In this document: positions 46,548 to 55,393 of the stretch, piece after piece
Numbering within the stretch: the first letter of the stretch is position 1
Layout of the letters: each line of letters begins with the position of its first letter
Notes under the pieces: generated by a model
Told to the model about the DNA's origin: nothing
Seen by the model: the letters and a program-made list of their open reading frames with translations, nothing else
Databases searched by the model: none
Source of the DNA: a bacterium
Lineage (GTDB): Bacteria; Bdellovibrionota; FAC87; UBA2466
Assembly (NCBI GenBank): GCA_009927045.1
Contig: RFNT01000117.1
Location: 1-55,393, forward strand
DNA: 55,393 bases
Direction: 5' to 3'
Position numbers and translations under genes: made by a program

Positions 46548-48821
46548 ATGTGTCCCATGAAATCAATTTTGAATGGGCTTTTGAGTTTTTTTGTTTTTGC
46601 TTGCCCTCTTTGGGCTCAAGAATCCCTGCAAATGGGTACTTCGGTTTCGCATTTCTACGAAGCTCGCTCCACTTTTGTGAATCCCGCCGCCTTGGCGTAT
46701 CAAAGCCAACTCAACGGAACCGGTTTATTGTCCTCTTTCTCTTGGGCGTGGCAAAGCTCTCCGAATGAATTTGGTGTTGGTTTGTCCTGGGGAAACTGGG
46801 GACTTGGGCTTGAGAGAGAGCGTTATTCACTTGCTAGCAGTTTAGCTTTTGGACCTTACCTTTTTGGCGGGACTCGAATCGTTTGGAATGGGAATCGGTC
46901 ACCTCAGCTCGATCTCGGTTTGCAAATCCGTCCGAATACTTGGATTGCGGGAGGAATTCTGGCAAACCAAACTCAGACTGCAGTGGGACTCACTCTCCGT
47001 CCTCTTGAATCTCTGATGCTTCAAGCGGATTTTGAAACTCCCACTGAAAAACCTGGTTCTCGTTGGAACACTCAACTGCAAGCGCTTTGGGAATTACGAA
47101 CAGGTCTTTCTATTCTGGGGGGATATGCCAACGAAAAGAAGACCTATGTCGGCTTCCAGTTAGACTTGGGACGAACTTCACTGTTTACTGTAGGCCAATC
47201 CCAACCTGCCGAACGCGCAGTGGTCTCACACGCACAATTTGCTTTTTATCAAAAACCTTCTGCTTTCGAAGGTGCCCAAGCATTACACCTCAAGATCGAT
47301 GGTGATTTGGAAGAACGAGGAGAGGTTCGAAGCTTTTTCTCCTTGGGCACCGATTCTTTCTCAGAAGTTTTATGGAAGATCAAAAAGTGTCGTGAAAATA
47401 ATTCCGTAAAAACTATTTATTTAGAATTAGAATCTTTTCCACTAGGAATGGGCGCCGCTTCTGAGCTTTTTGAAGCTTTATGGAAAGCGCGACAATCTGG
47501 AAAAAAAATACATGTCAGCTTGGGAAATGCCCGGTTGAAAGAATACCTCATCGCCTCCGTTGCCCATCAGATTGCCTTGGCACCCTCGGGAAGCTTGGAA
47601 CTCTTAGGTCCCAAATCTGAACGATATTACCTCAAAGGAACGCTGGAGCGCGTGGGAATAGAAGCTGAAATGGTCGCAAAGGGGGCTTATAAAAGTGCTC
47701 CCGAAATGTTCACTCAGAAAAAAGCCAGCGAAAAAAGCCGAGAAAATATTTTTGCTACTTTGAAAGAGGCTGAAGCGGAACTCACTGAAATGATTCAACG
47801 GAGCGGCCGAATCTCTGCTCCGCAATGGAAAAAAGCCAGAGAACTGGGAGTGCTATCCAATTTAGAAGCGCTTGAACTCAAACTGATTGATCGAGTCGCT
47901 GACGCTCCGGAATCTTTTAGACAAATTGCTGATGAACATCACATGCGAAGCAGCCTTCAAGAGGGCTCATCGCGTTTGGCTTTGAAGCCCAAAATTGCTT
48001 TGGTGATAGCAGAAGGGGATATTATTCAAAAAAAGTTCAAGTGGTTGGGTTTAGTGGGCAGTTCCCAGATCACTCCGGAGCAGGTTCGGGAGCAATTGGA
48101 ACAGGTCGTGAATGACCCCTTAATCGAAGCAGTGGTTTTTCGTATTTCTTCCGGAGGAGGAGATGTTCTTGCGAGCCAATTGATTGCTAATCAGTTGAAA
48201 GTTCTCAACTCCAAAAAACCTGTCGTCATCAGCATGGGGGATGTGGCTGCTAGTGGCGGTTATTTTCTGTCTGTTCCGGCATCGAGTGTTTACGCCTCTC
48301 CGTTAACGCTCACCGGTTCGATAGGAGTCTTTGCCGGAAAGCCAAGTTTTGAGGCGCTCTATAAGAAAATTGATTTGCAGAAAGAGATTCTAACACTCGC
48401 TCCATTTCCGGGCCTCTATGATGAAGCCCGTCGTTGGTCTTTAACTGATCGAGCGGTGATCGAACGGCAGGTAAATCATTACTACAAAAATTTCGTAGAT
48501 TTTGTTGCAGTTCATCGTAAGTTAGCAACTACTGAAGTGGAGCGTTTCGCACAAGGTCGTGTTTGGTTAGGACGCAAAGCTCAGCAACTCAAGCTCGTCG
48601 ATGCTTTGGGCGGACCGATTGAAGCTTTTGAAAAAGCTCGAGATCTGGCGGGACTTAAAGACTTTGAAATCAAGATCATATATCCAAAGATTCCCTTTTT
48701 TGAATCTCTCAACCCATTGTCAGGGGTATCACAAAGCGTCACTCCTCTTTTGAAAGAACTCAAGCCGGCTCTGCTCTCTGACCAACCGCTTCTTTATTGG
48801 TCAAGTGAAACTCTGCGATAA
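46548..48821 (+). CDS. sppA: Signal peptide peptidase SppA (long form) with N-terminal beta-barrel-like region
   Basis: Two S49 domains (GAYKSAPE; FRISSGGG, SMGDVAASGGY, TGSIGVF, AQGRVWLG, LVDALGG); N-terminal signal peptide and beta-rich segment. Confidence 0.88.
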   Translation: MCPMKSILNGLLSFFVFACPLWAQESLQMGTSVSHFYEARSTFVNPAALAYQSQLNGTGLLSSFSWAWQSSPNEFGVGLSWGNWGLGLERERYSLASSLAFGPYLFGGTRIVWNGNRSPQLDLGLQIRPNTWIAGGILANQTQTAVGLTLRPLESLMLQADFETPTEKPGSRWNTQLQALWELRTGLSILGGYANEKKTYVGFQLDLGRTSLFTVGQSQPAERAVVSHAQFAFYQKPSAFEGAQALHLKIDGDLEERGEVRSFFSLGTDSFSEVLWKIKKCRENNSVKTIYLELESFPLGMGAASELFEALWKARQSGKKIHVSLGNARLKEYLIASVAHQIALAPSGSLELLGPKSERYYLKGTLERVGIEAEMVAKGAYKSAPEMFTQKKASEKSRENIFATLKEAEAELTEMIQRSGRISAPQWKKARELGVLSNLEALELKLIDRVADAPESFRQIADEHHMRSSLQEGSSRLALKPKIALVIAEGDIIQKKFKWLGLVGSSQITPEQVREQLEQVVNDPLIEAVVFRISSGGGDVLASQLIANQLKVLNSKKPVVISMGDVAASGGYFLSVPASSVYASPLTLTGSIGVFAGKPSFEALYKKIDLQKEILTLAPFPGLYDEARRWSLTDRAVIERQVNHYYKNFVDFVAVHRKLATTEVERFAQGRVWLGRKAQQLKLVDALGGPIEAFEKARDLAGLKDFEIKIIYPKIPFFESLNPLSGVSQSVTPLLKELKPALLSDQPLLYWSSETLR

Positions 48822-48888
48822 TCACCTGAGCCTGATATACTGAAGGTCTATTCTGTTTGGCTGAATCAGCTATCTTAATTGGAGACCC

Positions 48889-49512
48889 ATGGTGAGAAAA
48901 TTCTTGTCAACCGTTTCAAATTTTATTTGGAACATTTGCACCTTTGGTTTCCAAAAAAAGTATGAGGTGCCGCGCTACGGAATGTATCGAAAGCTTGAGA
49001 ATTTATTTTCTTCTGAAAATAATGAGGTTCTCTCCATCAGCCACTCCAATCATTTAGCTAAAATTATCGGCTTGAAAAACTTCAAAATCACAGAGGCTAA
49101 TTATCCCCAATCTAATATCTTAAATTTAAAATATCCCGATAACACTTTTGATTTCGTCATATCTGATCAGGTTTTTGAACACATTGATGGCGATCCTCAA
49201 AAAGCTTTTGATGAGTGCATGAGGGTTTTGAAAGTGGGCGGGATAGCCGTTCACACCACTTGTTTTATGACAGCCTATCATGGACCTGGCGATTATTGGC
49301 GTTGGTCATTCGAAGGCTTAAAAAAGTTGGCTAAAGACCATCTAGTGATACAAGCTGAGCAGGCCGGGAGCCCGGTAGTTCACTTGTTAAATTTTCTTGG
49401 GCTTATTTGGGCAAAGGTTCCTGACTGCAAGTGGCACCCCTTTAATTACCTTTGCAGAATCAATTGGCCCTCTTGGAGCAATACCGTTTGGGTAGTAGCT
49501 AAAAAAAGATAA
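48889..49512 (+). CDS. Class I SAM-dependent methyltransferase
   Basis: LKYPDNTFDFVISDQVFEHI, RVLKVGG, YHGPGDYWRWS. Confidence 0.85.
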   Translation: MVRKFLSTVSNFIWNICTFGFQKKYEVPRYGMYRKLENLFSSENNEVLSISHSNHLAKIIGLKNFKITEANYPQSNILNLKYPDNTFDFVISDQVFEHIDGDPQKAFDECMRVLKVGGIAVHTTCFMTAYHGPGDYWRWSFEGLKKLAKDHLVIQAEQAGSPVVHLLNFLGLIWAKVPDCKWHPFNYLCRINWPSWSNTVWVVAKKR

Positions 49513-50877
49513 GTGATCGGCGTTATGAACCCATTCTCCAAATTCAAACAATCCGTCATTTTTATGAGTCCTACCGATGAAATGCGTCACCCTTATGAAG
49601 CCCTGCTGGAAAAAATTTCAGTGCATACCGAATGGGTTTCCTCATTTAAAGAACTCACAACAATCACCGAAGTACAGCCTTTAGCGGTGATTATTGATAT
49701 TGATCCGCTGAGCCGCCCCCTCGAGCCACACTTAGAAAGTGTGCGATTTCAGTTTCCCAAATCAGAACTGATTGCGCTCTCAAGCACAGATTCTGCGACT
49801 ACTGCGCTTTTGGTGATTCGATCTGGATTTGCTGATTTCTTACTAAAACCCATCAGTCCGGAAGAGCTCCTGTGGTCAATCAAAAAATCGATACAAAGGC
49901 TGGAAGTTTTTCAGAAGTTTGAAGAGCCCGAAACTCACTTGGTCAGAGCCCTTTCCCAGATTTCGAGTTGCTCCACTCCCTCTCTCGTGCGTCTCACCAC
50001 TCTCGAATTTTTGAAAGGTTATTTTGATTCGAAGGGAGCTGCTTGGCTTTCCCTCAAGCCCACTCCGTCCATTTTGTGTTCGTTTCCTAAAGGCTTTGAT
50101 GAAAAAGCCATTCTCTCTTCTCTTTCCTCAAAAAACTTTAAGGTTTCAGCCCCTCCAGCTATGACTTGGTCATCTCAGCTCCTCAGAAATCAGGTGTTTT
50201 TATCCTGCTTTGAGGGCAACCAAGCTCTGTACCTCTGGAGTATTGAAAAAGCAGTTACGGAAGACCAACTGTTGATGGCTAAAACACTTCTTGAGCACGC
50301 AGAATTATCTTTGCTTAATCTTGAAAAGTTCGAGGAAATTAAACACCTCTCTTTTGTAGATGAATTAACAGGCCTCTACAACTCTCGTTACTTAAAGTAT
50401 GCTCTGACCAACGCGATCAATCGTTCCAGATCCAAAAACCGAAACTTTGGAGTGCTTTTCATCGATGTCGATCATTTCAAATCCATCAACAATAAGCACG
50501 GACATATCGTTGGCAGTGATTTTCTGATAGCCATTGGTAAGTCCGTTCGGAACAGCGTTCGAGAAAACGATCTGGTTTTCAGGTACGGGGGAGATGAATT
50601 CATCGTTATTTTAGGTGATACTGAACTCGAAGGTGCTAAAGTTATAGCCGAAAGAATTCGTTCGGGAATTGAAAAACGCCTTTTCTCTATCCAACAATTG
50701 AAGTTACAAACAACAGTCAGTATCGGAATTGCAATGTTCCCCGAACATGCACAAACCCAAGAAGCCTTGCTCCAACTGGCAGATACCGCGATGTACTCGG
50801 CCAAAGAACGCTCTAGGAATGTGGTAGAAATCTACCGTCCTGAAGAGATGAAGAAACCACAAAAAGTGGCCAGCTAA
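49513..50877 (+). CDS. Diguanylate cyclase with degenerate receiver domain
   Basis: DELTGLYNSR, FIDVDHFKSINNKHGH, RENDLVFRYGGDEF (RxxD I-site + GGDEF), TVSIG, ADTAMYSAK. Confidence 0.93.
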   Translation: MIGVMNPFSKFKQSVIFMSPTDEMRHPYEALLEKISVHTEWVSSFKELTTITEVQPLAVIIDIDPLSRPLEPHLESVRFQFPKSELIALSSTDSATTALLVIRSGFADFLLKPISPEELLWSIKKSIQRLEVFQKFEEPETHLVRALSQISSCSTPSLVRLTTLEFLKGYFDSKGAAWLSLKPTPSILCSFPKGFDEKAILSSLSSKNFKVSAPPAMTWSSQLLRNQVFLSCFEGNQALYLWSIEKAVTEDQLLMAKTLLEHAELSLLNLEKFEEIKHLSFVDELTGLYNSRYLKYALTNAINRSRSKNRNFGVLFIDVDHFKSINNKHGHIVGSDFLIAIGKSVRNSVRENDLVFRYGGDEFIVILGDTELEGAKVIAERIRSGIEKRLFSIQQLKLQTTVSIGIAMFPEHAQTQEALLQLADTAMYSAKERSRNVVEIYRPEEMKKPQKVAS

Positions 50878-50942
50878 CCCCCCTCAACCCTGTTTCTTGA
50901 TTCGTCCCTCAACCTCTGATAGAAGACTCTCTTCAATATTGT

Positions 50943-51018
50943 GGGCGGGTAGCTCAGCTGGGAGAGCATCAGGCTGGCAGTCTGAGGGTCGTGGGTTCGA
51001 TCCCCATCCCGTCCACCA
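50943..51018 (+). tRNA. tRNA-Ala (anticodon GGC)
   Basis: 76-nt cloverleaf: acceptor GGGCGGG/CCCGTCC with G3:U70, D-arm AGCTCAGCTGGGAGAGC, anticodon loop CT-GGC-AG, T-loop GTTCGAT, encoded CCA. Confidence 0.96.
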
Positions 51019-51077
51019 ATTCCACCTTTAGAATACACCCCTTTTAAGGCCCAGTACTTGCTCCGTAGGTTGCCAGG

Positions 51078-53573
51078 ATGTGGGTAACCATGCGAAGCCT
51101 CAAAACTCATCGGTTTAAACTGTACAGAATGCTGACAATCGCTGGGCTTTTTTTGCTGCCTGTGCGGCTCTTAGTAGGGCTTCCGGAAGTTGAGGTTGTC
51201 AAAGGAAATGCCGGTAGCGCGGATCAAGCCATAAAAACACTCTACGTAGCAGCACCTTCCAGCAATACCAGCCCCGAACTCAACAAGCTTATTTTTACTG
51301 AGAACCTCGTGGAAGTAGAGGCTCAAGCCATTGATAGACTCATCCGGGATCCATCAGTTCCCAATTCGGAAAAGGAAGTCACCCTAGTTCGCTATACGTT
51401 AGGCCACCCAAAAATCACAGAAGCTTTGATCCGGGCTAAAGAAAGTGGCGTTCGAGTAAAGTTGATCACAGATCTCAACCCGGTCATGGAGGGAGATTTT
51501 TCGAATATCCAGGGTAATATCACCTCAGCTTTCTCTAAAGCAAAACTGAAAGACCCTGAAAAAAGCCCCGGGGCAAAAGTGATCAGTGATCTCCTTGCAG
51601 CGGGATTCGAGCTTAAAAAGGATATTCTTTCCCAACCACTCTATAATCCAGAATTGGAGCGCAAACCCATCATGCATGAAAAGGCGCTACTCCTTCGTGC
51701 AGGTCCTAAAAAGAATCTGTTTTTCGGTACCGCCAATTTAGCTCCCAACCCTCGGTATAATCGTATTTTTGAGGTCGAAGATGCCGCTTTTTTTGATGCC
51801 TATCAAAAACATGTCGCTGATCTGGAAGATATTTACAAAAAGGGCAAGGAAACTAAGGAAATCGCAGACAATCCCAGAACCTTAATTCAGTTTCAAGATG
51901 GCTCCAGCATGGAACTAGCTTTTACCGATGGGAAACACAATCCCAATGAACGAATTTCCGAGATCTTAGAAAATAATCAGTTAGAGCACATAGTCCTTTC
52001 CCACTTCGTGATCACCCACCGAGATTTTTTAGAATCTCTCGGAGAAGCCATGCGAAAAAATCCAAAAGCGACTGGGTTTGCAGTGGCGGATGATCGCTTC
52101 GCCGCGCTGAGAGGTTGGGGCTTGGGAGCGGCGCTCACTGGCGTCGATGTTTTGGATCCGTTTCATCGAAAAACAACGGGCCTAACGCCCGAAGCATTTA
52201 ATCGCATTGAGAGCTACGTGTATCAACGCCCTGCAATTGATCCGGAAACCGGAAAGCTGCGGATAGAGCGCAGTGAAGAAGGTCCTCCAGCGGCTCGCCA
52301 TGTTTGGCACGACAAAACGACTCTGATTGATTTCATTGACTCCCAGGGCAAGCCCCAAACTGCAGTGTTCACTGGTAGCTTTAACTTAAGCAACAATGTC
52401 GCCAATTCTGAATTCCAGGTTCAACTGAATTTGCCTAGAGATTCCTGGCTAAGAAAAGCAGTCAATCACAGTGTCGTTCATGTAGCTCAGAGTGAGCCCC
52501 AATGGGCCGTTCCAAATTTAGAAGCCTCACTTCGAAATGCGATGGGGCTGGTATTTGGCCTCACTGACATAGAAATCTCAAGAGAACTGAGCCAAAAGCT
52601 TCTTAAATCAATAGACGAACGTAACTTTGAAGGTATGAGGCAGCACATTTCCCAAATTGGCTCCCTCTCCACACAGCTTTCTTGGAAGCTAGACCCAGAC
52701 TCCAAAACCGAACGCTTAAAACAATTCGTAGATTTTCTAACGTGGTATGAAAAACACATCCCCCCATCCAAAGCCGAGTTAGAAGTAAGGGCCCAAAGAA
52801 TCATTGGAACTGCGCTCGTTATTTCTCAACCCAAAATGGCTGATCATTTGAAAGCGATTATTTTGAGCAAAGTAATTGATCGGCCACAATTAACCATTCA
52901 ACAGCATCAATCTCTTCTCAATGGCGCTTTTAAACAGCTCGGCTTAGGAGAAATCAATCCTTGGTCGGGCATGAAGTCGACACTGCTTTCGATTGAGTCT
53001 ATTTTTTCTCCGGAATTTATGAAAGCATTTGAGACTGAGGGTCCCCATCAGGAAAAAGTACTACAAGCACTTCAAAAAGCTTTAGATTCTAATGATGCAA
53101 GCTGGAAAGGTCCTGCTTTTCCAACGCTCATCAAGGCTTTAAGCTCTGAAAAAGATGCTTCGGTGCTCACGGTTTTAACAAATGGAATGATTACCACCGA
53201 CGCCCTTGCACAGGTATTGGATTGGTTGGATTCAAATCGCTCTCGTTTGAATATTGAAAATCCGTTGGTGGAATTACCTAAGGGCCACATTATGGATACG
53301 AGCGATAAAGAAAAACTAGAAAATCGGCTCACTAAATTGTTTACTTCGCAGGCGAAGCGAGGAGTGGTTGCAAGCTTCGTCCAAAGCGAGGATCCCAATC
53401 TGATATCCATTTTAAATAAAATTAAAAGACAACAGAATAGTGAACTGGCCGAGTTTGAAATCAAAGTGCCCAGCAAAAGAACTCAGAAAAATCGACCGGA
53501 TGGTGAAGTTGAGTACGAACCCATCCAAACTCAAAATTGTACTTCTTTATTTGGGCTCCTCTCGAGCTTTTAG
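51078..53573 (+). CDS. Secreted phospholipase D/nuclease superfamily protein with long C-terminal extension
   Basis: ALIRAKESGVRVKLITD, IMHEKALLLR..GTANL, VWHDKTTLID..FTGSFNLS. Start uncertain (possibly ATG 51129, MLTIAGLFLL). Confidence 0.8.
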   Translation: MWVTMRSLKTHRFKLYRMLTIAGLFLLPVRLLVGLPEVEVVKGNAGSADQAIKTLYVAAPSSNTSPELNKLIFTENLVEVEAQAIDRLIRDPSVPNSEKEVTLVRYTLGHPKITEALIRAKESGVRVKLITDLNPVMEGDFSNIQGNITSAFSKAKLKDPEKSPGAKVISDLLAAGFELKKDILSQPLYNPELERKPIMHEKALLLRAGPKKNLFFGTANLAPNPRYNRIFEVEDAAFFDAYQKHVADLEDIYKKGKETKEIADNPRTLIQFQDGSSMELAFTDGKHNPNERISEILENNQLEHIVLSHFVITHRDFLESLGEAMRKNPKATGFAVADDRFAALRGWGLGAALTGVDVLDPFHRKTTGLTPEAFNRIESYVYQRPAIDPETGKLRIERSEEGPPAARHVWHDKTTLIDFIDSQGKPQTAVFTGSFNLSNNVANSEFQVQLNLPRDSWLRKAVNHSVVHVAQSEPQWAVPNLEASLRNAMGLVFGLTDIEISRELSQKLLKSIDERNFEGMRQHISQIGSLSTQLSWKLDPDSKTERLKQFVDFLTWYEKHIPPSKAELEVRAQRIIGTALVISQPKMADHLKAIILSKVIDRPQLTIQQHQSLLNGAFKQLGLGEINPWSGMKSTLLSIESIFSPEFMKAFETEGPHQEKVLQALQKALDSNDASWKGPAFPTLIKALSSEKDASVLTVLTNGMITTDALAQVLDWLDSNRSRLNIENPLVELPKGHIMDTSDKEKLENRLTKLFTSQAKRGVVASFVQSEDPNLISILNKIKRQQNSELAEFEIKVPSKRTQKNRPDGEVEYEPIQTQNCTSLFGLLSSF

Positions 53574-54365
53574 TCCAGCCATCCCAATAATCCACGGAAT
53601 CAATTGGGGCCAGTATTGGTTAATCCATAGGATGAGCTTCCCATGCATGGTGATCACTTGCTGAGCTTTTCTCTTTCTGATGGCCTTAAGAATTTCTTTC
53701 ACAGCTGCGGGAGTACTCATGCGAATCCAGCCCGGAATCGGGTCCGGATGCCCAGCTTTTAATATGCCCTGATTATCAACTCGCCGAATATCAGAATCAA
53801 CAAACCCAGGGGCGATATGCGTCACTGCTATTCCCCGGGATTTCCACTCGTATCGTAGCGCTGTTGCTAAAGCCCTGATACAGAATTTGCTCATGGTATA
53901 GGCGGAATTTCCAGGCAATGGAACAAACCCGGCTACACTACCAATCAGGACTAACTGTCCTTGTGTACTTTCAAGGGCTTTTTCGGCTGCATAGACCGTG
54001 TTCAAAACCCCAAAGACATTGGTTTCTAATTGTACGATAATCTTCGATACTGAGGTCACTGACATTTCCAGCCACCCCGAATCCCGCATTGGCTATGGCA
54101 ATATCTAGTTTTCCAAAAGACCGAAGACAGTGCTCAACAGCGGTTACAAGATCTTGAGGCTGAGTGACATCTCCCGCTAAAATTGAAATCTGTTGGCCCG
54201 AGGGATCGAGTTCCTCTGCCAATTCTTTGATTTTATCTTCACGCCGAGCCAACAAAAACAAGAAGGCCCCTTGTGAAAAAAGCTGTTAGCTAACTCATAA
54301 CCGATTCCTGAAGAAGCCCCCGTGATGAGAACAACTTTTTTTTCTAAGGTTCGATGAGCCATCAC
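53547..54365 (-). CDS. Short-chain dehydrogenase/reductase (two indels, near 54286 and 54033)
   Basis: VLITGASSGIG, ANAGFG, ETNVFG, GSVAG, YTMSK, IAPGFVDS, spread over three overlapping ORFs. Confidence 0.85.
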
Positions 54366-55393
54366 TCACCTCGTTTTTTCTGTAAACGAATTCGCCCTAA
54401 CCATTCTAACTGATCCGTCTGCGCAAACATATCAAAGGCCTGGAGTTCAAACAGTTCTAATCCATTAGACTTAAATTCAATGAGATCTCGAGCAAAACTT
54501 TCCAAGCTACAAGACATGTATACCAGTTCTGTTTTTTGAATGCGTTGGAGAGTGTTTATCAGAACAGAACGAGCCTCGCCATGAATTCCTCGACGACTTG
54601 GATTGGCAATGATCACATCAGGCTCAGAGAACCTCACTGGAACTTCTTGCAGACACTTCTCTACTAAACCACATTGAATAGATACTTTTTGATTCAATCC
54701 GTTTTTTTCTGCATTGAGTTTGCCCAATTGGATCGCCTCACTATTTTCCTCAACGCTCAGCACATTCTCAAAAACTCCCCCCAGAAGACATGAGATAGGT
54801 CCCAAACCGGAGAAAAGATCCCAAGCCACTTGCCTTTTACTTTGCTTTTCTCCAATGGCTCGAATTCTTCGATATATATTCTCCGCTTGCCAGGGATTGA
54901 CTTGAAAAAAACTAGTAGGCCCCAACTCTAGCGTAATATCGGAGATTTTTTCTGAAATACTCTGTTGCTGCGTCAGAAGGAGTGTCTTCTCACCCCAAAT
55001 GGCATTGCTTGTTCCCTGGTGAATATTCATAGCCACCACTTGAATGGGCAGCTCTTTCTCCAGCAAGCGCTGGGTGATTTCTGAAAGTTCCCTCTCCATG
55101 GGCTTAGCGACTACCCAAGTCATCATCAACTCCGTACCTTCCTGATTGCTTCGAGCAATGAGATATTTGAGATGACCCACTTGCTGAGTTTGATCATAGG
55201 GTTGTAATCCCGAACTTTCGAGAACGGGATGGAGCAGTTTCAGAAGCTTTCTCAAAGGTGCAGTGTGAAGAGGACAAGAAGTGAGATCAGGACCCAAATC
55301 ATGGGTGCCCGGAGTATACAGACTGAATCTGAACCGACTGGGTGCTTTTCCGTGTTGATTCGAAGCAGGGCCCACAACCAATTTAAAAACAGT
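54362..55393 (-). CDS. rlmD: 23S rRNA (uracil-1939-C5)-methyltransferase; partial, 5' end beyond window
   Basis: SFFQVNP, DLFSGLG, NPSRRG, YMSC, DMFAQT; frame open to the window edge. Confidence 0.85.
   Translation of the reverse strand, partial: TVFKLVVGPASNQHGKAPSRFRFSLYTPGTHDLGPDLTSCPLHTAPLRKLLKLLHPVLESSGLQPYDQTQQVGHLKYLIARSNQEGTELMMTWVVAKPMERELSEITQRLLEKELPIQVVAMNIHQGTSNAIWGEKTLLLTQQQSISEKISDITLELGPTSFFQVNPWQAENIYRRIRAIGEKQSKRQVAWDLFSGLGPISCLLGGVFENVLSVEENSEAIQLGKLNAEKNGLNQKVSIQCGLVEKCLQEVPVRFSEPDVIIANPSRRGIHGEARSVLINTLQRIQKTELVYMSCSLESFARDLIEFKSNGLELFELQAFDMFAQTDQLEWLGRIRLQKKRGE

Noticed and set aside
50874-51110. 78-aa minus-strand ORF
   Set aside because: It is antisense to tRNA-Ala and has no coding features.
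50943-53573. Genomic island integrated at tRNA-Ala
   Set aside because: No integrase or transposase, and no duplicated tRNA 3' end noticed in the window.

Overview
Bacterial chromosomal window of moderate GC. Gene content suggests a Bdellovibrionota/deltaproteobacteria-like organism; this is an inference, not a database result. Left 10.4 kb: an inorganic-carbon/pH module with dabB-dabA (DAB/MpsAB pump, dabA runs off the left edge), an ABC-HlyD-TolC exporter, terC, an NhaR-like LysR regulator and an HPF/RaiA gene. Three promoters in this module share a 37-bp four-box LysR operator. 10.5-24.9 kb: a sigma-54 block with a single-domain receiver, a stand-alone 76-aa DHp (HisKA) protein, an NtrC/AlgB-like activator and a tightly coupled six-gene glycan operon (beta-barrel-like protein, short NfrB-type GT2 synthase, DUF2334 deacetylase, unknown secreted protein, GH113-like hydrolase, wecB). 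That operon is divergent from host-attachment protein-DUF2267-ftsH, and a histidine kinase closes the block. The remainder is mostly housekeeping: DAACS symporter, TolC plus RND pump without an adaptor, fhs, a heme A/SCO/ABC cluster, nadE, two CNNM genes, a GT-C-like protein, two basic histone-like proteins, cinA, murI, sppA, a methyltransferase, a diguanylate cyclase, tRNA-Ala(GGC), a PLD-family protein, an SDR and partial rlmD. Seven genes carry small indels, most likely assembly errors. No CRISPR array, rRNA or mobile element was seen.
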